Shown piece by piece: positions 23,683 to 31,837 of a DNA stretch of 32,000 nt. Source of the DNA: Candidatus Poseidoniaceae archaeon (GTDB lineage: Archaea; Thermoplasmatota; Poseidoniia; Poseidoniales; Poseidoniaceae). The stretch lies in the NCBI GenBank assembly GCA_943789275.1, contig CALSTM010000003.1:630001-662000 (forward strand), read 5' to 3'. Numbering within the stretch: position 1 is the first letter of the stretch; every line of letters starts with the position of its first letter. Position numbers and translations under genes: made by a program. Below the pieces are notes generated by a model, which saw only the letters and a program-made list of their open reading frames with translations, ran no database searches and was not told where the DNA came from.

Positions 23683-25383
23683 TCAGTTTGAGAACTCCGC
23701 CTTGCCCCAACGTCGGTCCATCAACTTCCAAAGCAGTGCAGAGGCAAGAATCAAACCAACCGAGATAGCAATCATGCCTTTGTAACCTTGCTCAACCATG
23801 CTCTGGTCGTACATGGAAGCAGTCGCAGCCAGACCGTCTTGCGATGCTCGCTCCCACCAGTTCCCGTACAGTGACACGTCGCCTTGAGTGAACGACAGCA
23901 GGAACAACAGCAACAGCGGGACAACGGTTCCAATCCAAAACCAAATCATAATCGATGCATCAAAAATGGCCTTGTTCGGACGTAAACCCATCAAGAAAGC
24001 CGTCAGAGCAACGATGTAAACGGAGTTCGCAAACATGACGATGATGCTGGTTGGAAGCGCACCCCATTCGTCCAATCGCCACGCCATGAGGACAATGAAA
24101 ATCAGTGAGATCCATGATGTTGCAAGGAAGTAAACCACCACTTTTGCTCGAATCAGTTGCGGGACACGGAGAGGGAGTCCGTTCATGAATTCCGGTGAGT
24201 CAAGTATGGTCAGCCATGAGTAGAAGTTGAATCCAAAGAAGCCGAGGAAAGGGGCATACGAAAGTAAATTGATTGGTATTGGGGCTTCTGCAAAGTCAAC
24301 CAGCCACGCCATTCCAAGCAGAACAAGCAACGGAATGGCGTATGAAACGGTCATTTTCTTGAGCGACCCCGAACGGAACAGGTCAACGAATTCTTTCGCC
24401 ACGATGAGTCGAATCTCACCGCGCCCAAGGAAGCCCAATCGATTGTAAATCGGGAGAAACAATTCTTTTCGCTCGACAACTGATACGTCGAAGTCATCGA
24501 TGATGAGGGTGGATGAAAGCCAACCCAATCCGACACTCCCGGCCAAGGCCAGTAAAGCAGTGAAAGGGTTCTGTGAATTCTGTACGCCGAGTCCCCAGAG
24601 CATCGAACCAATGTCGAATTTACCTAAGCCAATCGCGATTCCAAGTACAACGATAAGTGCAGGTCCGACGATGGTGTACGGTCGTCCTCGCATCCACAGT
24701 GCTGAGGCAAAAAAGGCGATGGCAAGGCCTTGTGCAAGGGTGATAATCATCGCTAACCAAGTCCATGGCAGGCTTGACCATTCCAGTGGAGTCTTGATGT
24801 TCGCCGCCGATTCAAGCAGTATGCCAAGTGCCATTCCGGTGACCACAGGAGTGAGGATGAGCATGACATAGAAGCACAAGTCTTTGACAAAATAAGCAAA
24901 GTGAGCAACCGAATTCGGCAAGGGCTGCAGCGCTGGAGCTGCAAGGAGGTAATTCTTGGTTCCTGCCCGGTGAACGATGGCGTCATGACCCATGAAAGCG
25001 AACGTACCCATTCCAAGACTGAACATCAACAAGGGGAGGTGGAGCGCAAATCGGAGTTCATCCCAAGTGAACGTTTTCGATTCCAAGTCGCTCACTTGGG
25101 CGGTCGAATCCCCAACTAAAAACTGCAAACCAATGGTCGTCACAGCGGTAACCAACGTCAGTAGAAGCGGAAACAACACGATTTGTCGTTTTTTAGCGAA
25201 CTCAATGCTTTTTCGTCCTTCCTCTTTGAACATCACTCGAAAGGTGGCAGAAAAGGCGTTCCAACCTCGCAACGGCTCGTGCAAGTGTTGCTGATGTGAA
25301 CTGGTGCCAAGCGGCTCTTGCAGCGAATGTCCATCGCCAACCACTTCTTCCCAATCACGTGAGACAACGCTTACTCCTGGCAC
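23683..25383 (-). CDS. Large polytopic ABC-transporter permease (unclassified, 566 aa)
   Basis: It has at least 12 hydrophobic segments and starts 3 nt after the ABC ATPase stop. I recognise no conserved motif. The assignment rests on adjacency and topology. Confidence 0.65.
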   Translation of the reverse strand: MPGVSVVSRDWEEVVGDGHSLQEPLGTSSHQQHLHEPLRGWNAFSATFRVMFKEEGRKSIEFAKKRQIVLFPLLLTLVTAVTTIGLQFLVGDSTAQVSDLESKTFTWDELRFALHLPLLMFSLGMGTFAFMGHDAIVHRAGTKNYLLAAPALQPLPNSVAHFAYFVKDLCFYVMLILTPVVTGMALGILLESAANIKTPLEWSSLPWTWLAMIITLAQGLAIAFFASALWMRGRPYTIVGPALIVVLGIAIGLGKFDIGSMLWGLGVQNSQNPFTALLALAGSVGLGWLSSTLIIDDFDVSVVERKELFLPIYNRLGFLGRGEIRLIVAKEFVDLFRSGSLKKMTVSYAIPLLVLLGMAWLVDFAEAPIPINLLSYAPFLGFFGFNFYSWLTILDSPEFMNGLPLRVPQLIRAKVVVYFLATSWISLIFIVLMAWRLDEWGALPTSIIVMFANSVYIVALTAFLMGLRPNKAIFDASIMIWFWIGTVVPLLLLFLLSFTQGDVSLYGNWWERASQDGLAATASMYDQSMVEQGYKGMIAISVGLILASALLWKLMDRRWGKAEFSN

Positions 25384-25385
25384 GG

Positions 25386-26177
25386 TTACTCCTCCTCAGT
25401 TTCTCCGTCCTTGACACCTTCGTTACTCAGCCGCTCAACATCTTCGATTGAGCGTCCAACCAAGCGGATGAAGACATCTTCCAACGTCTCTTCATCCGAT
25501 GTTTTGAGTCCTTTAACGGTGCCAGCGGCGAGGACTTTGCCGTTGTTGATAATCGCCATTCGGTTGCACATGCGCTCCGCCATTTCCAGAACGTGTGAAC
25601 AGAGAAAAATCGTTCCACCGTTTTTCACATGTTCAAGGAGCCATTGGCGGCATTTTCGCTGATAAATTGGGTCAAGGTTGGCAAACGGTTCATCGAGGAA
25701 CAGGAGTTTCGGTTTGTGAATAAACGCAGCAGCAAGCATGACTTTTTGACGTTGACCTTTGGACAAATCTTTGCACATTGTGTCTCGCTTCTCATCCAGT
25801 CCAAACCAGTCAATCCAGTGCTCAACATTGTCATCGATACGGTCAACACTGCGGAGTTTTGCCACGAACTCAAGGAATTCTACAGGGGTAAGGAAGGACG
25901 GTGGTGATTCTGATTCAGGGACAATTCCGATGTTGGCTTTGACCTTCTGGGGGTCGGACACTGCATTGACTCCCAAAACTTCGATTCGACCTTTACTGGG
26001 TCGTAATTGGCCGGTGAGGAGTTTGATGAAGGTGGATTTCCCGGCACCGTTGGGGCCAAAAACACCGAAGAATTCACCGGCGTGAACTTCGACGTTCAGC
26101 GGATGAAGAGCAATGAAGTCACCGTATTTTTTGGCCATGTCTATTGCCTTAACGAGCGGTGCGGTCGATTCAACCAT
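25386..26177 (-). CDS. ABC transporter ATP-binding protein (ABC-2/DrrA-like)
   Basis: Walker A GPNGAGKST, signature LSKGQRQKV, Walker B LLFLDEPFANLD, H-loop CSHVLE. I chose start ATG 26177 (MVESTAPLVKAIDMAKKYG). ATG 26225 is an alternative. Confidence 0.9.
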   Translation of the reverse strand: MVESTAPLVKAIDMAKKYGDFIALHPLNVEVHAGEFFGVFGPNGAGKSTFIKLLTGQLRPSKGRIEVLGVNAVSDPQKVKANIGIVPESESPPSFLTPVEFLEFVAKLRSVDRIDDNVEHWIDWFGLDEKRDTMCKDLSKGQRQKVMLAAAFIHKPKLLFLDEPFANLDPIYQRKCRQWLLEHVKNGGTIFLCSHVLEMAERMCNRMAIINNGKVLAAGTVKGLKTSDEETLEDVFIRLVGRSIEDVERLSNEGVKDGETEEE

Positions 26178-26264
26178 ACACTGTGTAAACGGTCGTGGTC
26201 TTTGAGTTCTTGGTTGACAGTTCATGAACGGTGAAATGATGAACTGAAACCGTTTGGCACAACC

Positions 26265-27107
26265 ATGAGCGCACCACAGTCGGATGTATTGTCCATCGAA
26301 ATCCTTCCAGTAAACGACGAAGCAGACCTCGGTTCAATTGCTTGGGTCACCATTAATCGACCCGATAAACTCAATGCACTCAACGCAGATGTCATGTCGA
26401 GCATCAAAGCAATGGTTGCGTGGGTGGAAGCAACAGATTCGGTTCGTGTCGTCGTACTCACTGGCGCTCAACCGAACGAACCTGCGGAAGGAAAGCGGGC
26501 CAAACCGAATGCATTTGTTGCCGGTGCCGACATCACCGAATTCGTTGGTAAGAAGAGCGATGATATCCGAGTAATGTTCACTGACAATGCTGTCGAAGCA
26601 CTTTGGAATCTCAGTAAACCAACCATAGCCATGGTCGATGGGTTTGCATTGGGCGGTGGCTGTGAAGTTGCTTGCTCGTGTGATGTTCGTATTGCCAGCG
26701 ACCGTTCACGGTTCGGGACCCCTGAAATCAACCTTGGACTGATTCCAGGCTACGGTGCTACGCAGCGTTTGGTCGGATTGGTTGGCTACGGTAAAACCAT
26801 GGAAATGATCATGACCGGAGAGATGGTTCATGCTGAGGAAGCACACAGAATTGGCTTAGCCAACCACGTATGCACTCCTGAAGAACTCCATGCGTTCACC
26901 CTCAAGATGGCCCAAACCATCGGTAGCAAATCCTCCAACACACTCCGGGTTGGAAAGGCAACCATTCGAGCAGCGCTCGATGTTGGTTTGACTGAGGGAG
27001 TTGCCATCGAGGCTGAAGCTTTCGCCAGCCTTTTTGATTCGAAGGACAAAGAGATTGGCGTGAACGCCTTTCTCAATCGGACAACCCCCGAATGGGAACA
27101 TCAGTGA
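26265..27107 (+). CDS. Enoyl-CoA hydratase (crotonase family)
   Basis: WVTINRPDKLNALN, FVAGADITEF, VDGFALGGGCEVACSCDVRIA and FGTPEINLGLIPGYGATQRL. Length is 280 aa. Confidence 0.9.
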   Translation: MSAPQSDVLSIEILPVNDEADLGSIAWVTINRPDKLNALNADVMSSIKAMVAWVEATDSVRVVVLTGAQPNEPAEGKRAKPNAFVAGADITEFVGKKSDDIRVMFTDNAVEALWNLSKPTIAMVDGFALGGGCEVACSCDVRIASDRSRFGTPEINLGLIPGYGATQRLVGLVGYGKTMEMIMTGEMVHAEEAHRIGLANHVCTPEELHAFTLKMAQTIGSKSSNTLRVGKATIRAALDVGLTEGVAIEAEAFASLFDSKDKEIGVNAFLNRTTPEWEHQ

Positions 27108-27128
27108 GCGTAGGTCGCTACCCTTGAC

Positions 27129-27144
27129 GGTGGCTTTCGCCACC
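27129..27144. terminator. Inverted repeat GGTGGC-TTTC-GCCACC between convergent genes; candidate bidirectional hairpin
   Basis: Seen directly in the 42-bp gap between the crotonase stop (27107) and the minus-strand stop (27150), flanked on both sides by ACCCTT. Confidence 0.3.
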
Positions 27145-27149
27145 CTTAC

Positions 27150-27557
27150 CTACCGGCTTCTGTAACCGTTTTCACGAGCAAACTCGCGGAAGTGCGGCAT
27201 GTGTGCAGCATTCTTGTTCACGAAGGCGCGAGGCATGACACCGTCCCAGCGGCCAAACGTTTCGTTCCAAACGCGGTTGCAGACAGTGGATTGCAGTTCG
27301 CGAAGCAGGCGAAGGTTCGTTGCGTTCTTGGCAGCCTCGTTTGCACAGCAAGGACCCTTTGCAAGAGCAGCAGCGGCAGCAGCTGACTTTTGCTCTCGCT
27401 CGAGTAGCTTTGCAGCAACCCATGCCAGGCGAATTTCTTCTGCGCGATCGCTGTTAGCTGTCGCTGGACCCTTGTTGTTCCTTCGTGCGGTGGACTTACG
27501 GCCAGTTCGACGGTTCTTACCGTTGTGGTGGGGCTTAATCTTTCGGTTCGTTCTCAT
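27150..27557 (-). CDS. Highly basic orphan protein (135 aa), possibly nucleic-acid binding
   Basis: MRTNRKIKPHHNGKNRRTGRKSTARRNNKG... is a Lys/Arg-rich tail, followed by an Ala-rich helix and a W/F/H-rich C-terminus (FGRWDGVMPRAFVNKNAAHMPHFREFARENGY). GGAGAG lies 9 nt upstream of the ATG. Four other ORFs of 64 aa or more overlap here on both strands, so the frame choice is by plausibility only. Confidence 0.5.
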   Translation of the reverse strand: MRTNRKIKPHHNGKNRRTGRKSTARRNNKGPATANSDRAEEIRLAWVAAKLLEREQKSAAAAAALAKGPCCANEAAKNATNLRLLRELQSTVCNRVWNETFGRWDGVMPRAFVNKNAAHMPHFREFARENGYRSR

Positions 27558-27758
27558 GTATATATCTCTCCAATTTGCTTATGGCTTTGCCATGGCTTAG
27601 CCACGACATTGCGATTTCAGCGTTTTGGAGATTATTCGTTCATGTTTTCACCAGAAAGTAAGGCTGAGTATTACCCTGCCGTTCCTACAACTTAGAGTTG
27701 TGTCCACACTTTATCAATGAGTTGCGGGATGTCCCGTTTTTGAGCGTTTTAGGCGGAT

Positions 27759-28481
27759 TTAGAAGCCTATGACAATTTCCCAAGCGATAGCGAAAATCGC
27801 TACATCAGCACACGCATGAGCGATCCATGCAACCCAAATGCTACGGTATTCAAGGTACAGCCATGAAAAAATTGAACCTCCAATGAATACCCCCAAGGAT
27901 GCAAGCAAAGCACCTACAGGGTCGAGGAAGACAAACAATGCAATCGAGTGGTGAAGGGTAAATATTGCTGATGAAATGAACGTTGAACGCCATTTCCCAT
28001 CAACGAATTGTTCGACTTTGGAGGTGATAAACCATCGGAATACATATTCTTCAAGAACGGAATTAATGAACACCCAGAACACGATTGCTGCAGCCAACTT
28101 CCAAGGCGTGGTGAGTCCAACAGGATCGAGTATGGAGATCAGAACCTCAGGTTGCAACATCTGTTCTCCGAGCAGAAAATAAGCCAACCACACGACGATC
28201 ATCATACCAGCGCCGAGCAACAGGGACATGCCCCAACCACCTTTTTTTGCTGGTGACCAAGAGAACGCTTGCTTTTCGATTTTCAAATGCCAAAATCCAG
28301 GAAGTCCGAACATCCAGAGTTTTGTGAAGATAAAAACGAACACAGAGAGAATTCCTGCCTTGAATACATATCCGGTTGTGACTGAAATGCTTGGGGCTAT
28401 GCTTACGAGAATTAATCCAAGTAAAGCCGTATTACGAGCACTTTTACCCGCATTTTCCGGCAATGTGGTTTCACTCAACAT
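27759..28481 (-). CDS. CPBP-family intramembrane glutamic endopeptidase (CAAX protease/Abi family)
   Basis: The three CPBP motifs are present in order: EEYVFRW (EExxxR), FTLHH (FxxxH), AHACAD (HxxxN/D). It is a polytopic 240-aa protein. Confidence 0.8.
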   Translation of the reverse strand: MLSETTLPENAGKSARNTALLGLILVSIAPSISVTTGYVFKAGILSVFVFIFTKLWMFGLPGFWHLKIEKQAFSWSPAKKGGWGMSLLLGAGMMIVVWLAYFLLGEQMLQPEVLISILDPVGLTTPWKLAAAIVFWVFINSVLEEYVFRWFITSKVEQFVDGKWRSTFISSAIFTLHHSIALFVFLDPVGALLASLGVFIGGSIFSWLYLEYRSIWVAWIAHACADVAIFAIAWEIVIGF

Positions 28482-28539
28482 GACGCTTCAAACTGCTACA
28501 TGACTCAAAGTCACTTCAATGTTGACCCGTACAAGCGGC

Positions 28540-29490
28540 TCAATCATCCATCTCTTTCTTCAACTGAGCCAGTGCACTGCTTGCATCGGGCAGAGGAAGG
28601 GCGGGAAGAGGGAGTGCTGCACCATCCGAACCAATCAATGCGGGCAGAGGCAGTCCATCCGGTCCGAGCAGAGGCGGTAGGGTTGGTTCTTCCTTTTTCT
28701 TGACCTGTTGGAATCCATCGTCCAACGGTGTACGAAGTTTGAGAATACGACCTTCATCGATACGAACAAACGTGGCACCGTAAATGTGCCCTGGCGTTGG
28801 ATGTTCGGGTGAATCGAGAACAGAATGTCCGTGGCCCGGCGTTTGCAAGAGTTTGACGAGGTCTTCACCCGCAGTTTGCTCTTCCCACATGCGTGCTGTT
28901 GATGCACGAATGTCTGCCAATTGGCCTCTGCGTCGCATTTCAATCTTCTTTCGAATCTCGTCATGCTTGATTTTGCGTTGTGAAATAGCCATTTCGATAT
29001 CAGCGTTTTCAACCGATTCGGGACTGACTTCGACGACGAATTCGTCTGCAACGTGGACGTCTTCCATTTCCAACGTTACTTCGACCAAATTTTCTTCGGA
29101 AGTATCGGCTTGAGCGACCAGAGTTGCCGCGATCAATTCTTCTTGCTTGGATTGAGCGGATTGAATTTTAGCCATTTTTCGTTCACGTAATGTGGCCCCG
29201 TCAAGTTCCTTTTCGGTAACGGGCTCAGGAATATCTGAATCGATTTCTTGCTCTTCAACTGATGGCTCAGGTTCTGAAGAGTTCGATGGAGCGGCTTTTC
29301 GAGCAGGTCGAGCAGCCTGTTTGGGTGCTCCCATCGTAATCCATGAAAAGGTGAGAATGAGGATTGCTGCAATGCACATCCACTTGAAATTCGAAGTGAG
29401 TGAGCCAGCAAAAAGAAGGTAGAAGGCAGCGATACTGAGGGCTGCAAGGCCAGTGACAGTACGTCCGAATCCCATGTCCCTCACTTCCAT
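28540..29490 (-). CDS. Membrane-anchored orphan protein: two N-terminal TM helices, acidic linker, charged helical region, Pro/Leu-rich C-terminus
   Basis: TM helices TVTGLAALSIAAFYLLFAG and WMCIAAILILTFSWITMG. Then SEPEPSVEEQEIDSDIPEPVTEKE, then KIKHDEIRKKIEMRRRGQL, then PTLPPLLGPDGLPLPALIGSDGAALPLPALPLP. I recognise no family. Confidence 0.55.
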   Translation of the reverse strand: MEVRDMGFGRTVTGLAALSIAAFYLLFAGSLTSNFKWMCIAAILILTFSWITMGAPKQAARPARKAAPSNSSEPEPSVEEQEIDSDIPEPVTEKELDGATLRERKMAKIQSAQSKQEELIAATLVAQADTSEENLVEVTLEMEDVHVADEFVVEVSPESVENADIEMAISQRKIKHDEIRKKIEMRRRGQLADIRASTARMWEEQTAGEDLVKLLQTPGHGHSVLDSPEHPTPGHIYGATFVRIDEGRILKLRTPLDDGFQQVKKKEEPTLPPLLGPDGLPLPALIGSDGAALPLPALPLPDASSALAQLKKEMDD

Positions 29491-29508
29491 CCAATTGGTT
29501 TTAACTTA

Positions 29509-30174
29509 TCATGCTGATGGCAATTGCCGCAGTAAGTCATTCAATGCCTTTGTTCGGTGACTGAAGACTTGTTTCTCATTCAACGGAATGGCTCCAAAGG
29601 TCTTTCCATGGGTACTTTTTTCTCCATAGTTCCCCGGTTGGAGAGGTTCTCCCAGAGCATCAAGGTCATACGGCGTGAAGATGGGGTCAAATCCGAATCC
29701 TTCACCTTCACTGCTTTCAAGTGCAATCCACCCCGGGCAACTTCCGTTGCCGTATAGGATTTCACCGTTGTTCCACAGTGCGGCAACCGCTTGGAATTCA
29801 GCGGAGCGTAACTGTGCCGATTGCACCGTGTCTTCACTGTTCAAGTGTTCAAGCAATTTCAGGATTCCAGAGCATCCAATGGTCTTCAATGCGTAGGCCG
29901 AAATGACGCCGGGAAAACCGTTCAGTGCATCAACAAACAATCCCGCATCTTCGACCATGAGTAAATCCTTAGAATCCTTACCGCCCGGAAGATGCGCAAG
30001 AGCTTGCGATATTTTCGACTTGGCCACTTCTTCGAGGGTGTCTGCTTGGGGTTCAATAATTGAGACTCCTTCCACGATAAGTTGCTTGACCGTATATCCC
30101 AACGGTTCCAAATGGTTGGTTGCTTCCATGATTTTGCCTGCGTTCCCAGTGAGGAACCACACAGTCCGAGCCAT
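29509..30174 (-). CDS. Non-canonical purine NTP pyrophosphatase (ITPase, HAM1/RdgB family)
   Basis: FLTGNAGKIMEA, EDAGLFVDALNGFPGVISA, GFGFDPIF and FSHRTKAL match HAM1 family blocks. I chose start ATG 30174 (MARTVWFLTGN). The track ORF has a 37-aa non-homologous extension. Confidence 0.85.
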   Translation of the reverse strand: MARTVWFLTGNAGKIMEATNHLEPLGYTVKQLIVEGVSIIEPQADTLEEVAKSKISQALAHLPGGKDSKDLLMVEDAGLFVDALNGFPGVISAYALKTIGCSGILKLLEHLNSEDTVQSAQLRSAEFQAVAALWNNGEILYGNGSCPGWIALESSEGEGFGFDPIFTPYDLDALGEPLQPGNYGEKSTHGKTFGAIPLNEKQVFSHRTKALNDLLRQLPSA

Positions 30175-30276
30175 GGGTCTGCTACGGCTTGTGCATATTG
30201 AGGTATAGGTTCGAAACGATTGCTGATACCGATGCAAGAAGCGAGGCTTCAAGTCCCCTCTTGCTAAGCGCAAGTC

Positions 30277-30648
30277 ATGTTGCAACAGATTGGGTTGGTG
30301 GCGCTCGGCGGAGCATTTGGAGCTGCATTACGCTATGCAGTCAGCGAGTTCTTTTCTTCTGATTCTTTCCCATACGCAACCCTTTCTGTGAATCTTGTTG
30401 GTTCTTTTTTGCTCGGTATCTTAGCGGTCGGGCTTGCCCAAAACCTCCTTTCGAACAACATGGCCTTGCTGCTCGGAACGGGTGTTCTGGGTGCGTTCAC
30501 GACCATGTCGACCTTTTCAGTGGAAACCATCCAGATGTTTGATCAAGGTGAAAGCACTTCTGCCATGGTCTATGTACTCATGACGATGATGTTAAGTCCA
30601 GTTTTGGCGCTCTTGGGCTGGAAACTTGCAGAATCAGTATTTTCTTGA
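30277..30648 (+). CDS. crcB: Fluoride ion channel CrcB/FluC
   Basis: 123 aa with 4 TM helices. GGAFGAALRY and GVLGAFTTMSTFS are the conserved CrcB motifs. Confidence 0.85.
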   Translation: MLQQIGLVALGGAFGAALRYAVSEFFSSDSFPYATLSVNLVGSFLLGILAVGLAQNLLSNNMALLLGTGVLGAFTTMSTFSVETIQMFDQGESTSAMVYVLMTMMLSPVLALLGWKLAESVFS

Positions 30649-30733
30649 TGAAATGACTTTATGTAGGACTGCGTATTGTTCATATCACGGAAAGCGAAGC
30701 CCAACAATTTCGTTGACCCTAAGAGTTGGAACC

Positions 30734-31153
30734 ATGCCCGAACATAATCTCATTGAAACGCTGAACGAAGCCCTTGGATGGGAACTACGAGCTGCAAACA
30801 TGTACGCTCACTATGCTGCAAACATTCGCGGAATTCACCGTCTACAACTTTCTCCCATGTTCACCACCGAAGCGACTGAATCCACAATGCACGCTGACAT
30901 TGTACGTAAGGCCATAGTCAAACTTGGTGGAATACCCGTCACGGAACGTAACACTCACCCAATCATCCACACCACGTTGTTCGACGAAATGTTGGTTCAT
31001 TCCTTGGAAACCGAAACCAAAGCAGCAGCAGTTTATGCCGCCATTATGATTGAAATTGATTCGATAGGCGACCAAGAAATGTACGATGCCATTGAACAAA
31101 TCTATCTTGCCGAGTTGCGTAGTTTGGAAGAACTGCGTCTTCTCATGGAATAA
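30734..31153 (+). CDS. Ferritin-like/bacterioferritin-like four-helix-bundle protein
   Basis: From ATG 30734: LIETLNEALGWELRAANMYAHYAANIRG...EATESTMHADIVRKAIVKLGGIP has the LN..L..EL.A...Y and E..H pattern of the ferritin-like superfamily. The second-half metal ligands are not clearly complete. Confidence 0.65.
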   Translation: MPEHNLIETLNEALGWELRAANMYAHYAANIRGIHRLQLSPMFTTEATESTMHADIVRKAIVKLGGIPVTERNTHPIIHTTLFDEMLVHSLETETKAAAVYAAIMIEIDSIGDQEMYDAIEQIYLAELRSLEELRLLME

Positions 31154-31837
31154 TCATCCGTGATAACGAACTCTTGAACGTACATCGTCAAGGCGCTTCA
31201 AGACTTCCCCAGCAGTTGGTACTGCTCCACCTGATTGCTCCGGAGGAACGCCGAGTAAGGCTTCTTCCGCCGCATATCCTTCGAGCAGTGTGTCGATGGC
31301 ACCTTCGTGTTCCGGGTGCGAAGCACCGAGAATTTCATCGATGACGTGGAGGTCAATTCCGAACCGTTCAACCTCGTAGTCTATGGCAGCCAAACCAAAG
31401 TCGATCAACGAAGCAGTTCCATCTTCATCGACAAGGATGTTGTTGGTCGAAAGGTCGCCGTGCGTAATTGCTTCACGGTGCAATCGGCGGATTAAGGCAC
31501 CCGTGTTGTGCAGGACAGTCGAGATGAACTTGGTTGAAAGCGTTGCATCTCTCAGCACTTCAATGAGCGGAAGACCCGGCATTCGTTCGAGGACCATACG
31601 ACCGTTTTCAGGGTCGAGGTCCAAGACTGCAGGTACACGAACACCGCAGCGTTTGAGTCGGAGAAGTAACCGAGATTCACTCATCATTCTTCGATGTCCA
31701 AGACGATGGTCAAGGTCTGGATGTCGCCATTTTCTCGGACGGCGTAGTTTACGCACGGCATCTTGACCCATCCATGTCCCAGCCCATACTTCTGCTTCCG
31801 CACCGAGGTGCAACCGCTCAGTCGGTACAAAGGCCAT
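31154..31837 (-). CDS. bud32: Bud32/PRPK atypical kinase (KEOPS complex subunit)
   Basis: The Gly-loop-equivalent GAEAEVW, VRKLRRPRKWRHPDLDHRL, catalytic HGDLSTNNILV and LIDFGLA fit archaeal Bud32. Length is 227 aa. Confidence 0.85.
   Translation of the reverse strand: MAFVPTERLHLGAEAEVWAGTWMGQDAVRKLRRPRKWRHPDLDHRLGHRRMMSESRLLLRLKRCGVRVPAVLDLDPENGRMVLERMPGLPLIEVLRDATLSTKFISTVLHNTGALIRRLHREAITHGDLSTNNILVDEDGTASLIDFGLAAIDYEVERFGIDLHVIDEILGASHPEHEGAIDTLLEGYAAEEALLGVPPEQSGGAVPTAGEVLKRLDDVRSRVRYHG

Noticed and set aside
27199-27600. 133-aa plus-strand ORF opposite the basic orphan protein
   Set aside because: It has a Ser/Arg/Phe/Ala-rich composition typical of an antisense translation, has no SD, and would run through the upstream promoter region. 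The minus-strand frame has an SD and a more natural sequence. The choice is not proven (see finding).
30175-30276. Possible fluoride (crcB-motif) riboswitch upstream of crcB
   Set aside because: I could not find the conserved pseudoknot-forming elements of the crcB RNA motif by eye in this 102-nt divergent region. A cmscan against Rfam RF01734 would be decisive.
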